A stretch of 64,000 bases of DNA, taken from an uncultured Anaerolineaceae bacterium (GTDB taxonomy: Bacteria; Chloroflexota; Anaerolineae; Anaerolineales; DRMV01). The notes beneath the pieces were generated by a model that saw only the letters and a list, made by a program, of their open reading frames with translations, was not told where the DNA came from and searched no databases. The translations under genes and the position numbers were made by a program. The stretch lies in contig CAYUOX010000072.1 in assembly GCA_964446575.1 (NCBI GenBank), forward strand, positions 3,327-67,326, given 5' to 3'. Position 1 is the stretch's first letter. Each line of letters opens with the position of its first letter. Shown here piece by piece: positions 26,335-36,472 of this stretch.

Positions 26335-27885
26335 CTATTCTCCTTGGGCCCACTCGATCATCTTGGTCAAAGGAAGTTCTCCCACGCTGGCGTTGTCGTT
26401 GAGCAGCAGCATGACGAGGTTGGGCCAGAACAAGGTGCGTTCGGGCAAATCCTCCACAGAGCACGCCGCAGTTTCGTCAGCCCAGGGGTACCATGCCAAA
26501 GCACGGGTGCCGAAGCATTCGCCCGCCTGAGCGTCGCTCCACAGGTGCAGCAGATCTCCTAAGGCATTCCGCGTGATGCGGTAAGTTATACCGGCCAAGG
26601 CAATTCTATCAGAGTCGGCCACTTCTTTTTGGGCGTGGGCTTCCCACAAAGCCGCTGCGACAGGCACCCAAGCGTCGCCCTCTTGGGCCCAGGTCACAGG
26701 CCGGATGTCAAATTGGAGCCCCTCCATGGGGGTCAGGTTGGCGTATGTGGCCCAGAGGGCGTCCTCAGGGTCATTGGTCGCCATGACCATCGTCACCCCT
26801 ACATACCCGTTGTACATGCTCAGAATGTCGGCCAGTTTGCGGCACTGCCGATCCTCTTCTAAGGTAGGTCCCTGAGTCTGGCCGCCAAGTTGCTGAAGCA
26901 ATTGCCAAACTTGGTCATTTTGATCCCAATCGATCTCCAAGGGCACCCCTGTAGGTTCAAAGGGGTAGTAACAGCCCGGCGCGTAGGTGAATTGAAGCGG
27001 GGGCGGGGTTGGGACAGGGTTTAGGGACAAGTCGCCAAAGGGGTTCCAGCCAGAACTCGCCGCAGCCTGCAACTCAGGAGGCAACTCTTCCAGAAGGGGC
27101 GGTGGATGAATATCCGGCAGGGTGAACACTGGGGCGTCTGGCCACACCAGATAAGCCACCGGCACCTCGCCGAAGAACCAGCGCGGTTGCGCTTCTTCAG
27201 GTGTTCGCGTGGGCGGAATGTACGCCCATTCCTGGTTCGCTTGATCCGAAGCCGGAGGCCACTGCGCAGGATCGGCAGGCCGCACGGTCAGATCGGGGTC
27301 GTAGAAGGCCGCACATGCCGTGAAGACGGTCACGCCCAAAGCGGGGAAATCGTAGCGGCCGGCCAACCCCAAGGTCCAACCGACGAATGCAATGTGCAAG
27401 AAGGGCTGAGCGTTGGCTTCTCCGAGGCTCAGGACCGCTACAGGAATCTTTTGGTCCCACCGATACCATCCCCAGTCCAACAGGGAGGCCCCAGCCCATC
27501 CCTTCTTTCGTATTACCCGCGTTAGTTGGGGGTGTTGTTCATAGTAGTCAGGCCAGTACGCCAACCATCGCTCCATCAACTTCTGAGGATGTTGCTGCAA
27601 GGCCTGACGGACGGGGCGCATCTCTGGGCTGTAACACGAAGCCGGTAGGCGAACCGTTTCGCCGGTCCAGGGATTTTGCCAGGTGATATCAGGCACAGGC
27701 GTGGGCGACGGGGTAAAGGTGGGGGTGGGGGTAAGGGTCGGGGTGAGGGTGGCGGTGGGGGGGACGGTAGGAGAGGACGTTGAGGAAGGCGACGGCGCCG
27801 CGAGGGGCGCTGGGGATGCCGGCGCGGAGGTACATGCCGCGAAGACGATCAAGAAGCCAAGGAAGGATAGCCATGTCAGACGCAT
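26335..27885 (-). CDS. Probable secreted lipoprotein, unknown function, with a Pro/Thr/Ser linker
   Basis: 516 aa. The signal plus lipobox-like sequence is MRLTWLSFLGFLIVFAAC, followed by a ~50-aa P/T/S-rich linker. AGGAG precedes the ATG. GC is lower than the neighbours (47-52% in two counted 60-nt lines). Confidence 0.75.
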   Translation of the reverse strand: MRLTWLSFLGFLIVFAACTSAPASPAPLAAPSPSSTSSPTVPPTATLTPTLTPTPTFTPSPTPVPDITWQNPWTGETVRLPASCYSPEMRPVRQALQQHPQKLMERWLAYWPDYYEQHPQLTRVIRKKGWAGASLLDWGWYRWDQKIPVAVLSLGEANAQPFLHIAFVGWTLGLAGRYDFPALGVTVFTACAAFYDPDLTVRPADPAQWPPASDQANQEWAYIPPTRTPEEAQPRWFFGEVPVAYLVWPDAPVFTLPDIHPPPLLEELPPELQAAASSGWNPFGDLSLNPVPTPPPLQFTYAPGCYYPFEPTGVPLEIDWDQNDQVWQLLQQLGGQTQGPTLEEDRQCRKLADILSMYNGYVGVTMVMATNDPEDALWATYANLTPMEGLQFDIRPVTWAQEGDAWVPVAAALWEAHAQKEVADSDRIALAGITYRITRNALGDLLHLWSDAQAGECFGTRALAWYPWADETAACSVEDLPERTLFWPNLVMLLLNDNASVGELPLTKMIEWAQGE

Positions 27886-27947
27886 AAGCGACTCCTACGA
27901 GGATGCTCTGGGCCCAAGAATCGACCAGTCAGTCAGTTGGCTTTCTT

Positions 27948-27976
27948 ATTATAGCCATTGGGGTTTTCTTTGTCAA
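27948..27976 (-). promoter_or_regulatory. Consensus sigma-70 promoter TTGACA-N17-TATAAT
   Basis: The minus strand reads GCTTTGACAAAGAAAACCCCAATGGCTATAATAAG, ~60 nt upstream of ATG 27885. Confidence 0.7.
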
Positions 27977-28237
27977 AGCCGCTTGAGGGCTGTTCGAAAA
28001 ATCGACGTATCACCATGAGCCGTGGTTTGGCCCCATGCCCTGCGGGGTCCATCTGGAGCGCTGCGCGGAACGACCCCCGGAATCGATCGCCAATAGAGAA
28101 AGCGGCCGATTCACTCCGGTTTGTTTTTCCAACGGCCCTCCATACCCTGGAGGGCATCCGAAAATCCCCATTTGGCTCTCCTTCCCTCTGTGCTCTCCGC
28201 GTCCCTGGGTGAAATTTTCGAACACCCCTCGAGTGGC

Positions 28238-28266
28238 TTGACGCTGGCGGGAGGTTTTGGTAGAAT
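28238..28266 (+). promoter_or_regulatory. Near-consensus promoter TTGACG-N17-TAGAAT for tRNA-Glu
   Basis: -35 at 28238-28243 and -10 at 28261-28266. The tRNA 5' end is 14 nt downstream. Confidence 0.75.
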
Positions 28267-28279
28267 GCAGGGCGTGAGT

Positions 28280-28351
28280 GCCCCCATCGTCTAGGGGTTA
28301 GGACACGGGCCTTTCAAGCCCGCGGCCGGGGTTCGAATCCCCGTGGGGGCA
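28280..28351 (+). tRNA. tRNA-Glu (anticodon UUC), CCA not encoded
   Basis: The cloverleaf was folded by hand. The acceptor stem is GCCCCCA/TGGGGGC. The anticodon stem is CGGGC/GCCCG with loop CTTTCAA. The T arm is CGGGG-TTCGAAT-CCCCG. The discriminator is A, followed by CAG. Confidence 0.95.
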
Positions 28352-28354
28352 CAG

Positions 28355-28389
28355 GGCGACCGTCCGCATACGGCGGTCGCCTTTTCTTT
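28355..28389 (+). terminator. Intrinsic terminator after tRNA-Glu
   Basis: GGCGACCG (28355-28362) pairs with CGGTCGCC (28374-28381), followed by TTTTCTTT. Confidence 0.75.
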
Positions 28390-28427
28390 GACCGCCCGCG
28401 TCTCGCTTCCTCCTGCGGAGGTGTTTC

Positions 28428-29573
28428 ATGGCCAAGCGTCCCAAACGACGTATTGCCATCCTCACCGGCGGCGGTGATGCGCCCGGCCTCAACGCGGCCA
28501 TTCGGGCCGTGGTGCGGCACGCGGTGTTTACCCTGGGGTGGGAGGTCCTGGGCGTGCGCAACGGCTACAATGGCTTCTTGCAGCCCGACGGCGTCTTCCC
28601 TTTGACCCTGGACATGGTGCGCGGGATTTTGCCTCTGGGCGGGACCATTCTGGGCGCCGCCAACCGGGGCAATCCCTTTGCCCAAGAGATGGAAGTGAAC
28701 GGCCAGAAGGTGCTGGTGGATGTGTCGGATGACATTGTGGCCCGCATCCACGAGTTGCAGTTGGACGCGGTGATCGTCACCGGTGGCGATGGGACCTTAG
28801 GCGCGGCGTTGGACCTTTATCGGAAGGGCGCGCCTATCGTGGGCATTCCGAAGACCATCGACAACGATGTGCCGGGCACGGATTTCACCATCGGTTTCGA
28901 CACCGCGGTCAGCGTGGCCGCTGAGGCCTTGGACCGCCTGCACACCACCGCGGAATCGCACCATCGGGTCATGGTGGTGGAACTCATGGGGCGGGATGCG
29001 GGCTTCATCGCGCTGCACGCGGGCATCGCGGGCGGTGCTGACATCATCTTGGTGCCCGAGATCCCCTTTCACTATGAAGTGCTGGCGGCCAAAGTGTTGG
29101 GACGCATTCGGCGAGGGCGCATGTTCAGCATTGTGGCCGTGGCCGAAGGCGCGTACCCTGTGGGTGGCGAGAAAGTCTATCGCCAACCTGGTGATGGGCT
29201 GACCGTGGCCCGTTTGGGCGGCATCTCGCTCTATGTGGCCGACTATATTGCCAAGGCCACGGGCACCGAAACTCGGGCCCTGATTTTGGGCCATTTGCAG
29301 CGGGGCGGCACGCCGACCGCGCGCGACCGTTTGCTGGCCACGCGCTTTGGGGCCGAAGCGGTGCGCATCGTCGCCCAGGGCCAATTGGGGGTGATGGTCG
29401 CGCTGCACGGCACGCGCGTGCGCGCTTTGCCCTTAGAAGAAGCGTTGGCCCAGCGCCCCAAGCGCGTGCATCCTGATGACGATGTCGTCCAGGCCGCGCG
29501 GGCCATTGGCACGGTGTTTGGGGATGAAATCGACCGCCTGGAGGGCGAACGCCCGCTGGCCGAAGAGGAGTAA
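28428..29573 (+). CDS. pfkA: 6-phosphofructokinase (ATP- or PPi-dependent not resolved)
   Basis: 381 aa. Carries RIAILTGGGDAPGLNAAIRAVV, IVTGGDGTL, IPKTIDND and MGRDAGFIAL motifs. Confidence 0.9.
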   Translation: MAKRPKRRIAILTGGGDAPGLNAAIRAVVRHAVFTLGWEVLGVRNGYNGFLQPDGVFPLTLDMVRGILPLGGTILGAANRGNPFAQEMEVNGQKVLVDVSDDIVARIHELQLDAVIVTGGDGTLGAALDLYRKGAPIVGIPKTIDNDVPGTDFTIGFDTAVSVAAEALDRLHTTAESHHRVMVVELMGRDAGFIALHAGIAGGADIILVPEIPFHYEVLAAKVLGRIRRGRMFSIVAVAEGAYPVGGEKVYRQPGDGLTVARLGGISLYVADYIAKATGTETRALILGHLQRGGTPTARDRLLATRFGAEAVRIVAQGQLGVMVALHGTRVRALPLEEALAQRPKRVHPDDDVVQAARAIGTVFGDEIDRLEGERPLAEEE

Positions 29574-29576
29574 TCC

Positions 29577-29927
29577 ATGCCCAAAGTGACCACGATCCAA
29601 GAAGTGTTCGATTTGTTGCCGCGTTATTTTCGGCCCGAGAAGGCTCGCGATGTACGGGCCGTGGTGCAGTTCCACATCACCGGCCCCCAAGGGGGCGATT
29701 GGGTGGTGCAGGTGGATCAAGGCGTGCTGACCGTGACCCGTGGGGTGCATCCGGGCCCCGCGGACCTCACTGTTACGGTGTCGGACGCCCACTATTGGGC
29801 TTTGTTGCGGGGCGAAATGGACCCCGTCGCCGCGTATATGCGCGGGCGGCTGCGCATCCAAGGTGATTTGAAGTTGGCCTATCGCCTGCAAGACCTCTTC
29901 CGTATGCCGGACGAAAGTGTGGCATAA
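29577..29927 (+). CDS. SCP2 sterol-carrier-like domain protein
   Basis: 116 aa. The SCP2 tail pattern is ...[39 protein letters not shown]. Confidence 0.75.
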   Translation: MPKVTTIQEVFDLLPRYFRPEKARDVRAVVQFHITGPQGGDWVVQVDQGVLTVTRGVHPGPADLTVTVSDAHYWALLRGEMDPVAAYMRGRLRIQGDLKLAYRLQDLFRMPDESVA

Positions 29928-30021
29928 TAGGTTAGCGGTCCGAAGTTGGAGGTTGGGTAAGGAGCAGGGCCCGAAAGAGGAAAAACGGACACCCCACCCA
30001 TCCACAGCCGAGGGAAAATGT

Positions 30022-31383
30022 ATGAAACGCATAACAGTTGTTGGCACTGGTTATGTGGGCCTGGTCACCGCGGCCGGGTTCGCCGACCTGGGCAACCAGG
30101 TCATCGCGTTGGACATTGACGAGGCCAAAATCGCGCAATTGCGCCGCGGAGAGATGCCCATTTATGAGCCAGGCTTGGCCGAAATGGTCGCGCGCAATGT
30201 CAAGGCCGGCCGGCTGTCGTTCACCACATCGTATGCCGAGGCTATCCCTGGCGCGGAGTTCGTGTTTATCGCGGTGGGCACGCCCCAGGCCGTCAATGGC
30301 GAGGCCGACCTGCGCTATGTCGAGGCCGCGGCTCGGTCGGTGGCTGAGCACATGACCGCCCCCCTGATCATCGTCAACAAATCCACCGTGCCGGTGGGCA
30401 CGGGCGATTGGGTGGCTGAAATCGTGCGCCGCCATCAAAGGGAGCCGATCCCCTTTTCGGTGGTGTCGTGCCCCGAGTTCCTGCGCGAAGGGTCCGCGTT
30501 GTACGACTTCATGAACCCACACCGGGTGGTGTTGGGGTCGTTGGACCCTGAAGCCGCGGAGAAGGTGGCGCAATTGCATTTGCCCTTGCGCGCGCCCATT
30601 CTCATCACCGATCTGCGCACAGCCGAGATGATCAAATACGCGTCCAACGCGTTTTTGGCCACTAAGATTTCGTTCATCAACGAAATGGCCAACATTTGCG
30701 AGGCCTTGGGCGCGGATGTGAAGGAAGTGGCGCGCGGCATGGGGTATGACCCCCGCATTGGGCCGCTGTTTTTGGAAGCCGGGTTGGGCTTTGGAGGCTC
30801 GTGCTTCCCCAAGGATGTGCAGGCCCTGGCCCGCATGGCCGAAGACATGGGCCGACACCCACAGTTGTTGCACGCGGTGCTGGACATCAACGCGGATCGG
30901 CGGCGCATGGCCGTGGAGCGGGTAGAAGCGCTGTTGGGCGGTGACCTGCGCGGCAAGGTGGTGGGGCTGTTGGGCTTGGCCTTCAAGCCCAACACCGACG
31001 ACATGCGCGAGGCGCCTTCCATCGACATCGCGCGCGGGCTTTTGGCTCGCGGCGCGCACGTGCGGGCTTATGACCCCATCGCCATGAACAACGCGCGGCG
31101 CATTCTGCCTGAAGTGGAGATGATGCCCGACCCCTACACCTTGGCCCAAGGCGCGGACGCGTTGGTGGTGGTCACCGAGTGGAACGAGTTTAAGCAATTG
31201 GATTTGGAGCGCATTCGTGAGGTCATGCGGCAGCCGGTTCTGTTCGACGGGCGCAACATTTACGATCCGGCCCGTATGGCCGAGTTGGGCTTCGTGTATC
31301 GTGGCGTGGGCCGGGGGTACCCCTTGCCCGAGGCCGTGCGCAACGGCGCCCCGCCGCCGGGGTCGAACATGGCCCACAGTTGA
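30022..31383 (+). CDS. ugd: UDP-glucose 6-dehydrogenase
   Basis: 453 aa from ATG 30022. Carries [25 protein letters not shown] and [11 protein letters not shown] (catalytic Cys). Confidence 0.9.
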   Translation: MKRITVVGTGYVGLVTAAGFADLGNQVIALDIDEAKIAQLRRGEMPIYEPGLAEMVARNVKAGRLSFTTSYAEAIPGAEFVFIAVGTPQAVNGEADLRYVEAAARSVAEHMTAPLIIVNKSTVPVGTGDWVAEIVRRHQREPIPFSVVSCPEFLREGSALYDFMNPHRVVLGSLDPEAAEKVAQLHLPLRAPILITDLRTAEMIKYASNAFLATKISFINEMANICEALGADVKEVARGMGYDPRIGPLFLEAGLGFGGSCFPKDVQALARMAEDMGRHPQLLHAVLDINADRRRMAVERVEALLGGDLRGKVVGLLGLAFKPNTDDMREAPSIDIARGLLARGAHVRAYDPIAMNNARRILPEVEMMPDPYTLAQGADALVVVTEWNEFKQLDLERIREVMRQPVLFDGRNIYDPARMAELGFVYRGVGRGYPLPEAVRNGAPPPGSNMAHS

Positions 31384-31416
31384 GGCCGCGCGGGGAAGGG
31401 ACGAGCGACGAGTGCC

Positions 31417-32754
31417 ATGCGCGTTTATTTGGACACTTTGGGCTGCCGCCTGAATCAAGCCGAAATCGAGCGTCTGGCCCGTTATTTTCGTGCCGCGGGG
31501 CACGAGATTGTGGCTGCGCCCCACGAAGCCGACTTGGCCGTGCTCAACACTTGCGCGGTCACGCAAAAGGCCGTGGCCGATAGCCGGCAGCGCGCTCGGC
31601 AGTTGCACCGGGCCGGGGCCCCGGCGTTGGCGTTGACCGGGTGCTGGGTCTCGCTGGAGCCCCAAGCCGCGGCCCAATTGCCGGGGGTGCGGTGGGTCGT
31701 GCCCAACGCGGCCAAAGATAGCCTGCCCGCGCGCGTCTTGGGCGTGCCATTGGAAGACTTCGACTTGGAGCCTGTGGCGCGCGAGCCGTTGCCCGGTTTG
31801 CGCATGCGCACTCGGGCCTTCGTCAAGGTCCAAGACGGTTGCGATAACCGTTGCACCTTCTGCATCACCACCCTCGCGCGCGGGCCTGGGCGCAGCCGTC
31901 CGCTGGAGGAGGTGTTGGACGATGTGCGGGCCGCGCTGCGCGGGGGCGCGCGCGAGGTGGTGCTCACCGGCGTGCACCTGGGCTCGTGGGGGCACGACTT
32001 GACCCCGCGGCGTCACTTACGTGATCTGGTGGCCGAACTCTTGCACCGGCTGGATATCCCGCGCTTGCGCTTGTCGTCGCTGGAGCCGTGGGACTTGGAC
32101 GCGGCGTTTTTTGACCTGTGGCAAGACCCGCGGTTAGCGCGGCATTTGCATTTGCCTTTGCAATCGGGCTGTGCGGCCACTCTGCGGCGTATGGCCCGCA
32201 AGATCACGCCCGAGGGTTTTCGGGCCTTGGTTGAGGCCGCGCGGGCGCGCATTCCCGATGTGGCCATTACCACCGACATTATCGTGGGTTTTCCGGGCGA
32301 GACCGAGGAGGAGTTCGCGATCAGCCTGGCCTTTGTGGAATCGTTGGCGCTGGCCGGGGGGCACGTGTTCACCTATTCCGAGCGGCCGGGCACCGCGGCG
32401 GCGCGCATGCCGGGCCAAGTGCCGCATCGGGTGCGCAAGGCCCGTAACGCGCGCATGCGCGCGGTGTTGGACGCGGCCGCGGCCCGTTATCGCACCCGCT
32501 TCGTAGGCCGCACGTTGACGGTGTTGTGGGAACGGGCTGTGCGGTTGGATGCACAAGGTTGGCTGGTGCAGGGCTTGAGCGACAACTATCTGCGCGTCCG
32601 CGCGCGCGTGGCCCAAAATCTGTGGAACCAATTGGCCGACGTGCGCATCATCCGAGTGGCCGAGGACGGGGTGCTGGAGGGCGAGGTGGTTGCTGCCGCG
32701 CGCGCCCTCGCCGCGCAGCCCGGCCCAAGCGGAGCGAAGTCCACTTCTTACTAA
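31417..32754 (+). CDS. mtaB: Radical-SAM tRNA methylthiotransferase (MtaB/MiaB family)
   Basis: 445 aa. Has an N-terminal UPF0004 Cys triad (GCRLN...NTCAV...GC), a CDNRCTFC radical-SAM motif and a C-terminal TRAM-like segment. Confidence 0.8.
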   Translation: MRVYLDTLGCRLNQAEIERLARYFRAAGHEIVAAPHEADLAVLNTCAVTQKAVADSRQRARQLHRAGAPALALTGCWVSLEPQAAAQLPGVRWVVPNAAKDSLPARVLGVPLEDFDLEPVAREPLPGLRMRTRAFVKVQDGCDNRCTFCITTLARGPGRSRPLEEVLDDVRAALRGGAREVVLTGVHLGSWGHDLTPRRHLRDLVAELLHRLDIPRLRLSSLEPWDLDAAFFDLWQDPRLARHLHLPLQSGCAATLRRMARKITPEGFRALVEAARARIPDVAITTDIIVGFPGETEEEFAISLAFVESLALAGGHVFTYSERPGTAAARMPGQVPHRVRKARNARMRAVLDAAAARYRTRFVGRTLTVLWERAVRLDAQGWLVQGLSDNYLRVRARVAQNLWNQLADVRIIRVAEDGVLEGEVVAAARALAAQPGPSGAKSTSY

Positions 32755-32791
32755 AAATTAACAGGGGAAGGCCTGCACGGCCAGGCAGGTG

Positions 32792-32800
32792 TGCTAAAAT
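32792..32800 (+). promoter_or_regulatory. Extended -10 promoter candidate (TGcTAAAAT) for trxB
   Basis: Lies 36 nt upstream of ATG 32836. Confidence 0.4.
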
Positions 32801-32835
32801 GGGGGTTCGGAGACTGTAAGCCAAGGAGGCGCAGG

Positions 32836-33840
32836 ATGGAATTCAAATTGGGCGGTATCACCACCGGCCCCGAGACCACGGGGCCCGAACACACCAAGTT
32901 GCTGATCTTGGGGTCGGGGCCCGCGGGCTTGACAGCCGCACTGTATGCGGCCCGGGCTGGGCTGGAGCCGTTGGTGCTGACGGGGTTGGAGATCGGCGGT
33001 CAAGTCGCGCTGACGCACATTGTCGAAAATTACCCCGGCTTCCCCGATGGGGTAGGGGGGCAAGAGTTGGTGGACCGCTTCAAGGCGCAGGCCGAGCGTT
33101 TTGGCGCGCGCTTGGTCATGGACACGGCCACCGAGGTGAATTTGCAGGTGCGCCCCTTCGAGGTCAAGACGTATGGCAACACCTATACCGCGGACGCGCT
33201 GATCATTGCTACCGGCGCGTCGCCCCGTAAATTGGGTGTGCCTGGTGAAGCCGAACTCACCGGCCGGGGGGTGTCTTATTGCGCGACTTGCGACGGCTGG
33301 TTCTTCCAAGACAAAGACGTTATCGTGGTGGGCGGCGGTGATAGCGCGCTGGAAGAGGGCCTGTTCCTCACCCGCTACGCGCGCACGGTCACGGTGGTGC
33401 ACCGTCGGGACCAGTTCCGCGCTGGGGCCATCATGCAGCAGCGGGCCAAGGAAAACCCCAAGATGTCTTTCTTGATGAACACGGTGGTGACCGCGATCTT
33501 GGGCGACGAACAGGTCGAGGCCGTGCGGCTGAAGAACGTGCAAACAGGCGAGGAATACGAAAAGCCCATCGACGGCGTGTTCATCTTCATTGGGCACATC
33601 CCCAACACCGATTTGTTCAAAGGGCAGTTGGATGTGGACGCGCGCGGCTACCTCAAGGTGCGCGATTGGGTGGTCACCAGCATCCCTGGCGTGTTCGCGG
33701 CGGGCGAGGTGGCTGACCCGGTCTATCGCCAGGTGATCACCTCCGCGGGCATGGGCGCGGCCGCGGCGATTCGCGCGGGGCATTATTTGGACGAAATGGC
33801 CTTTGAGGCGCAAGAAGCGGCCAAGGCCCAACAGGATTGA
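32836..33840 (+). CDS. trxB: Thioredoxin-disulfide reductase
   Basis: 334 aa. Carries ILGSGPAGLTAALYAAR, the redox motif CATCDG and the GGGDSALEEG NADPH site. AAGGAGG precedes the ATG. Confidence 0.95.
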   Translation: MEFKLGGITTGPETTGPEHTKLLILGSGPAGLTAALYAARAGLEPLVLTGLEIGGQVALTHIVENYPGFPDGVGGQELVDRFKAQAERFGARLVMDTATEVNLQVRPFEVKTYGNTYTADALIIATGASPRKLGVPGEAELTGRGVSYCATCDGWFFQDKDVIVVGGGDSALEEGLFLTRYARTVTVVHRRDQFRAGAIMQQRAKENPKMSFLMNTVVTAILGDEQVEAVRLKNVQTGEEYEKPIDGVFIFIGHIPNTDLFKGQLDVDARGYLKVRDWVVTSIPGVFAAGEVADPVYRQVITSAGMGAAAAIRAGHYLDEMAFEAQEAAKAQQD

Positions 33841-33853
33841 CGTCCCCCATCAG

Positions 33854-33883
33854 CCCGCCTCACGGGTCGAGGCGGGTTTTTTT
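33854..33883 (+). terminator. Intrinsic terminator after trxB
   Basis: CCCGCCTC pairs with GAGGCGGG, followed by T7. Confidence 0.85.
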
Positions 33884-33985
33884 GTGCTTTGGATGTAGAG
33901 AGTTATGCAGATGCGTGCATGGCTCGAGGCATACGCCTCAGGGCTTGGGTTTGGGACAATGCTATATGTCATTGGCCCGGCGTTT

Positions 33986-33991
33986 TATAAT
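33986..33991 (+). promoter_or_regulatory. -10 TATAAT candidate upstream of mdh
   Basis: CGTTTTATAATGAATG lies ~90 nt upstream of ATG 34080. There is no clear -35. Confidence 0.3.
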
Positions 33992-34073
33992 GAATGCAGA
34001 ACACGAGCGAGCGCGCGTGGGCGCGCGCCTTGAAATGATGAGCGCCATCCAGCCTTTTCGTCAAAAGGAGTGA

Positions 34074-35009
<936 letters not shown>

Positions 35010-35024
35010 CCCTTCGCCGCGGAC

Positions 35025-35056
35025 GCGGGGGAGGTCCTTCGTTGCGCCTCCCCCGC
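35025..35056 (+). promoter_or_regulatory. 10-bp GC hairpin between mdh and gltA (no U-tract)
   Basis: GCGGGGGAGG (35025-35034) pairs with CCTCCCCCGC (35047-35056). Confidence 0.5.
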
Positions 35057-35083
35057 CCGGCTCGACAACCAGGAGGTTGGATT

Positions 35084-36388
35084 ATGTTGCTGAAGCAAGT
35101 CTTGGCCCAAAAGGTTCCCGAATGGCAGGCGCGCGTGCGTAAACTGGCCAAGGAACTGGGCGAGACCCCCATCGACACCGTGCACATCCGCCAGACCGTG
35201 GGCGGAATGCGGGGGTTGAAGGTCTTGGTGACCGATATCTCCTATGTGGACCCCTACAAGGGCATCCACTTCCGGGGCTATACCATCCCCGAGATCTTGG
35301 AGGCCTTGCCCAAGCCGGCGGAGGGCGATATGCCCTATGTCGGCGGCTTGTACTGGCTGCTGATGACGGGTGACCTGCCCACCAAGGAGCAGGCCCTGGC
35401 CGTGGAGGACGCTTGGAAGGAGCGCATGGCCCTGCCCGAAGAGACCCAGGCCGTCATTCGGGCGATGCCCAAGGAGACGCACCCCATGACCTTGTTCACC
35501 TTGGGCATTCTTTCCATGCGCAACGACAGCGTCTTCGCGCCGAAATACGCCGCGGGCGAACTCAAGAAGACCGAACTCTGGGGCCCCACGTTGGACGACG
35601 CCTTGTTGCTCACGGGCCGTTTGCCCGCCCTGGCCGCGTTCATCTACAGTTACAAGTACGGCGACGGTTCGTATAAGGCCCCGAACCCCGACTTGGATTG
35701 GGGCGCGAACTTCGCGTACATGATGGGGCTGGACACGCCCGTGTATCGCAACTTGTCGCGGCTGTATTTCATCTTGCACTCGGATCACGAGGTGGGCAAT
35801 GCCAGCGCGCACACCGCGCACCTGGTCAACTCCACCCTGGCCGATGTGTTCTATGCCTTTGCCGCGGGCATGAGCGCGTTGGCCGGCCCGCTGCATGGTT
35901 TGGCCAACCAAAACGCGCTGCGCTGGCTCATGGGCGCGTACGAGAAATACGGCGGCGTGCCCACCGCGGCGCAAATGGAAGAATACGCGTGGGACACCCT
36001 CAACTCGGGCCAGGTGATCCCCGGCTTTGGCCACGCGGTGCTGCGGGCTACCGACCCGCGCTATAAGGCCTTCTATGAGTTCGCCGAGGCCCAAATGGCC
36101 GACAGCAGCCTGTTCCAGACCGCGCAGGTGGCTTATCAGGTCATCCCCAAAGTGCTGCAAGAGCACGGCAAGGCCAAGAACCCGTGGCCTAATGTGGACG
36201 CGATGAGCGGCGTGCTGCAAAAGCACTTCGGCGTCGAGCCCGAGTTCTACACCGTGCTCTTCGGCTTGGGTCGCGCGCTGGGCATCACTTCGCACCTGAC
36301 ATGGGCGCGCGCGGTGGGCCTGCCCATCGAACGCCCCAAGTCGGTGACCACCGACATGCTCTTCGAGATGGCCGAGAAGGCCGCCTGA
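35084..36388 (+). CDS. gltA: Citrate synthase
   Basis: 434 aa from ATG 35084 (an AGGAGG lies upstream). Carries HSDHEVGNASAHTAHLV, GPLHGLANQ and PGFGHAVLR motifs. Confidence 0.95.
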   Translation: MLLKQVLAQKVPEWQARVRKLAKELGETPIDTVHIRQTVGGMRGLKVLVTDISYVDPYKGIHFRGYTIPEILEALPKPAEGDMPYVGGLYWLLMTGDLPTKEQALAVEDAWKERMALPEETQAVIRAMPKETHPMTLFTLGILSMRNDSVFAPKYAAGELKKTELWGPTLDDALLLTGRLPALAAFIYSYKYGDGSYKAPNPDLDWGANFAYMMGLDTPVYRNLSRLYFILHSDHEVGNASAHTAHLVNSTLADVFYAFAAGMSALAGPLHGLANQNALRWLMGAYEKYGGVPTAAQMEEYAWDTLNSGQVIPGFGHAVLRATDPRYKAFYEFAEAQMADSSLFQTAQVAYQVIPKVLQEHGKAKNPWPNVDAMSGVLQKHFGVEPEFYTVLFGLGRALGITSHLTWARAVGLPIERPKSVTTDMLFEMAEKAA

Positions 36389-36410
36389 CGCGCGGCCGTG
36401 CCAAGCCCGA

Positions 36411-36450
36411 AAACGCCAAGGGAGCCCCGCGGGGCTCCCTTGTGTTGTAT
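36411..36450. terminator. Bidirectional terminator between convergent gltA and the LysM gene
   Basis: Perfect palindrome CAAGGGAGCCCCGCGGGGCTCCCTTG (36417-36442). The + flank is TGTTGTATT and the minus flank is GCGTTTTCG. Confidence 0.7.
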
Positions 36451-36472
36451 TGCGCCTTGTCCGCGCTGCGGC

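Noticed and set aside
26266-26402. Continuation of the glgA-remnant ORF into the 3' end of the lipoprotein gene, as a real fusion protein.
   Set aside because: The sequence after ...RYRALQQ is Arg/Ser/Pro-rich and unrelated to GlgA. It overlaps the convergent gene and is most simply a loss of the original stop context.
27992-28223. A MITE-like element bounded by the inverted repeat GTTCGAAAA (27992-28000) and TTTTCGAAC (28215-28223).
   Set aside because: The match is only 9 bp. There is no target-site duplication, and no second copy exists in the window. This is compatible with chance in an AT-richer spacer.
28409-28421. CCTCC/GGAGG hairpin that could sequester the pfk Shine-Dalgarno sequence.
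   Set aside because: It has only 5 bp with a 3-nt loop, which is too weak to call a regulatory structure.
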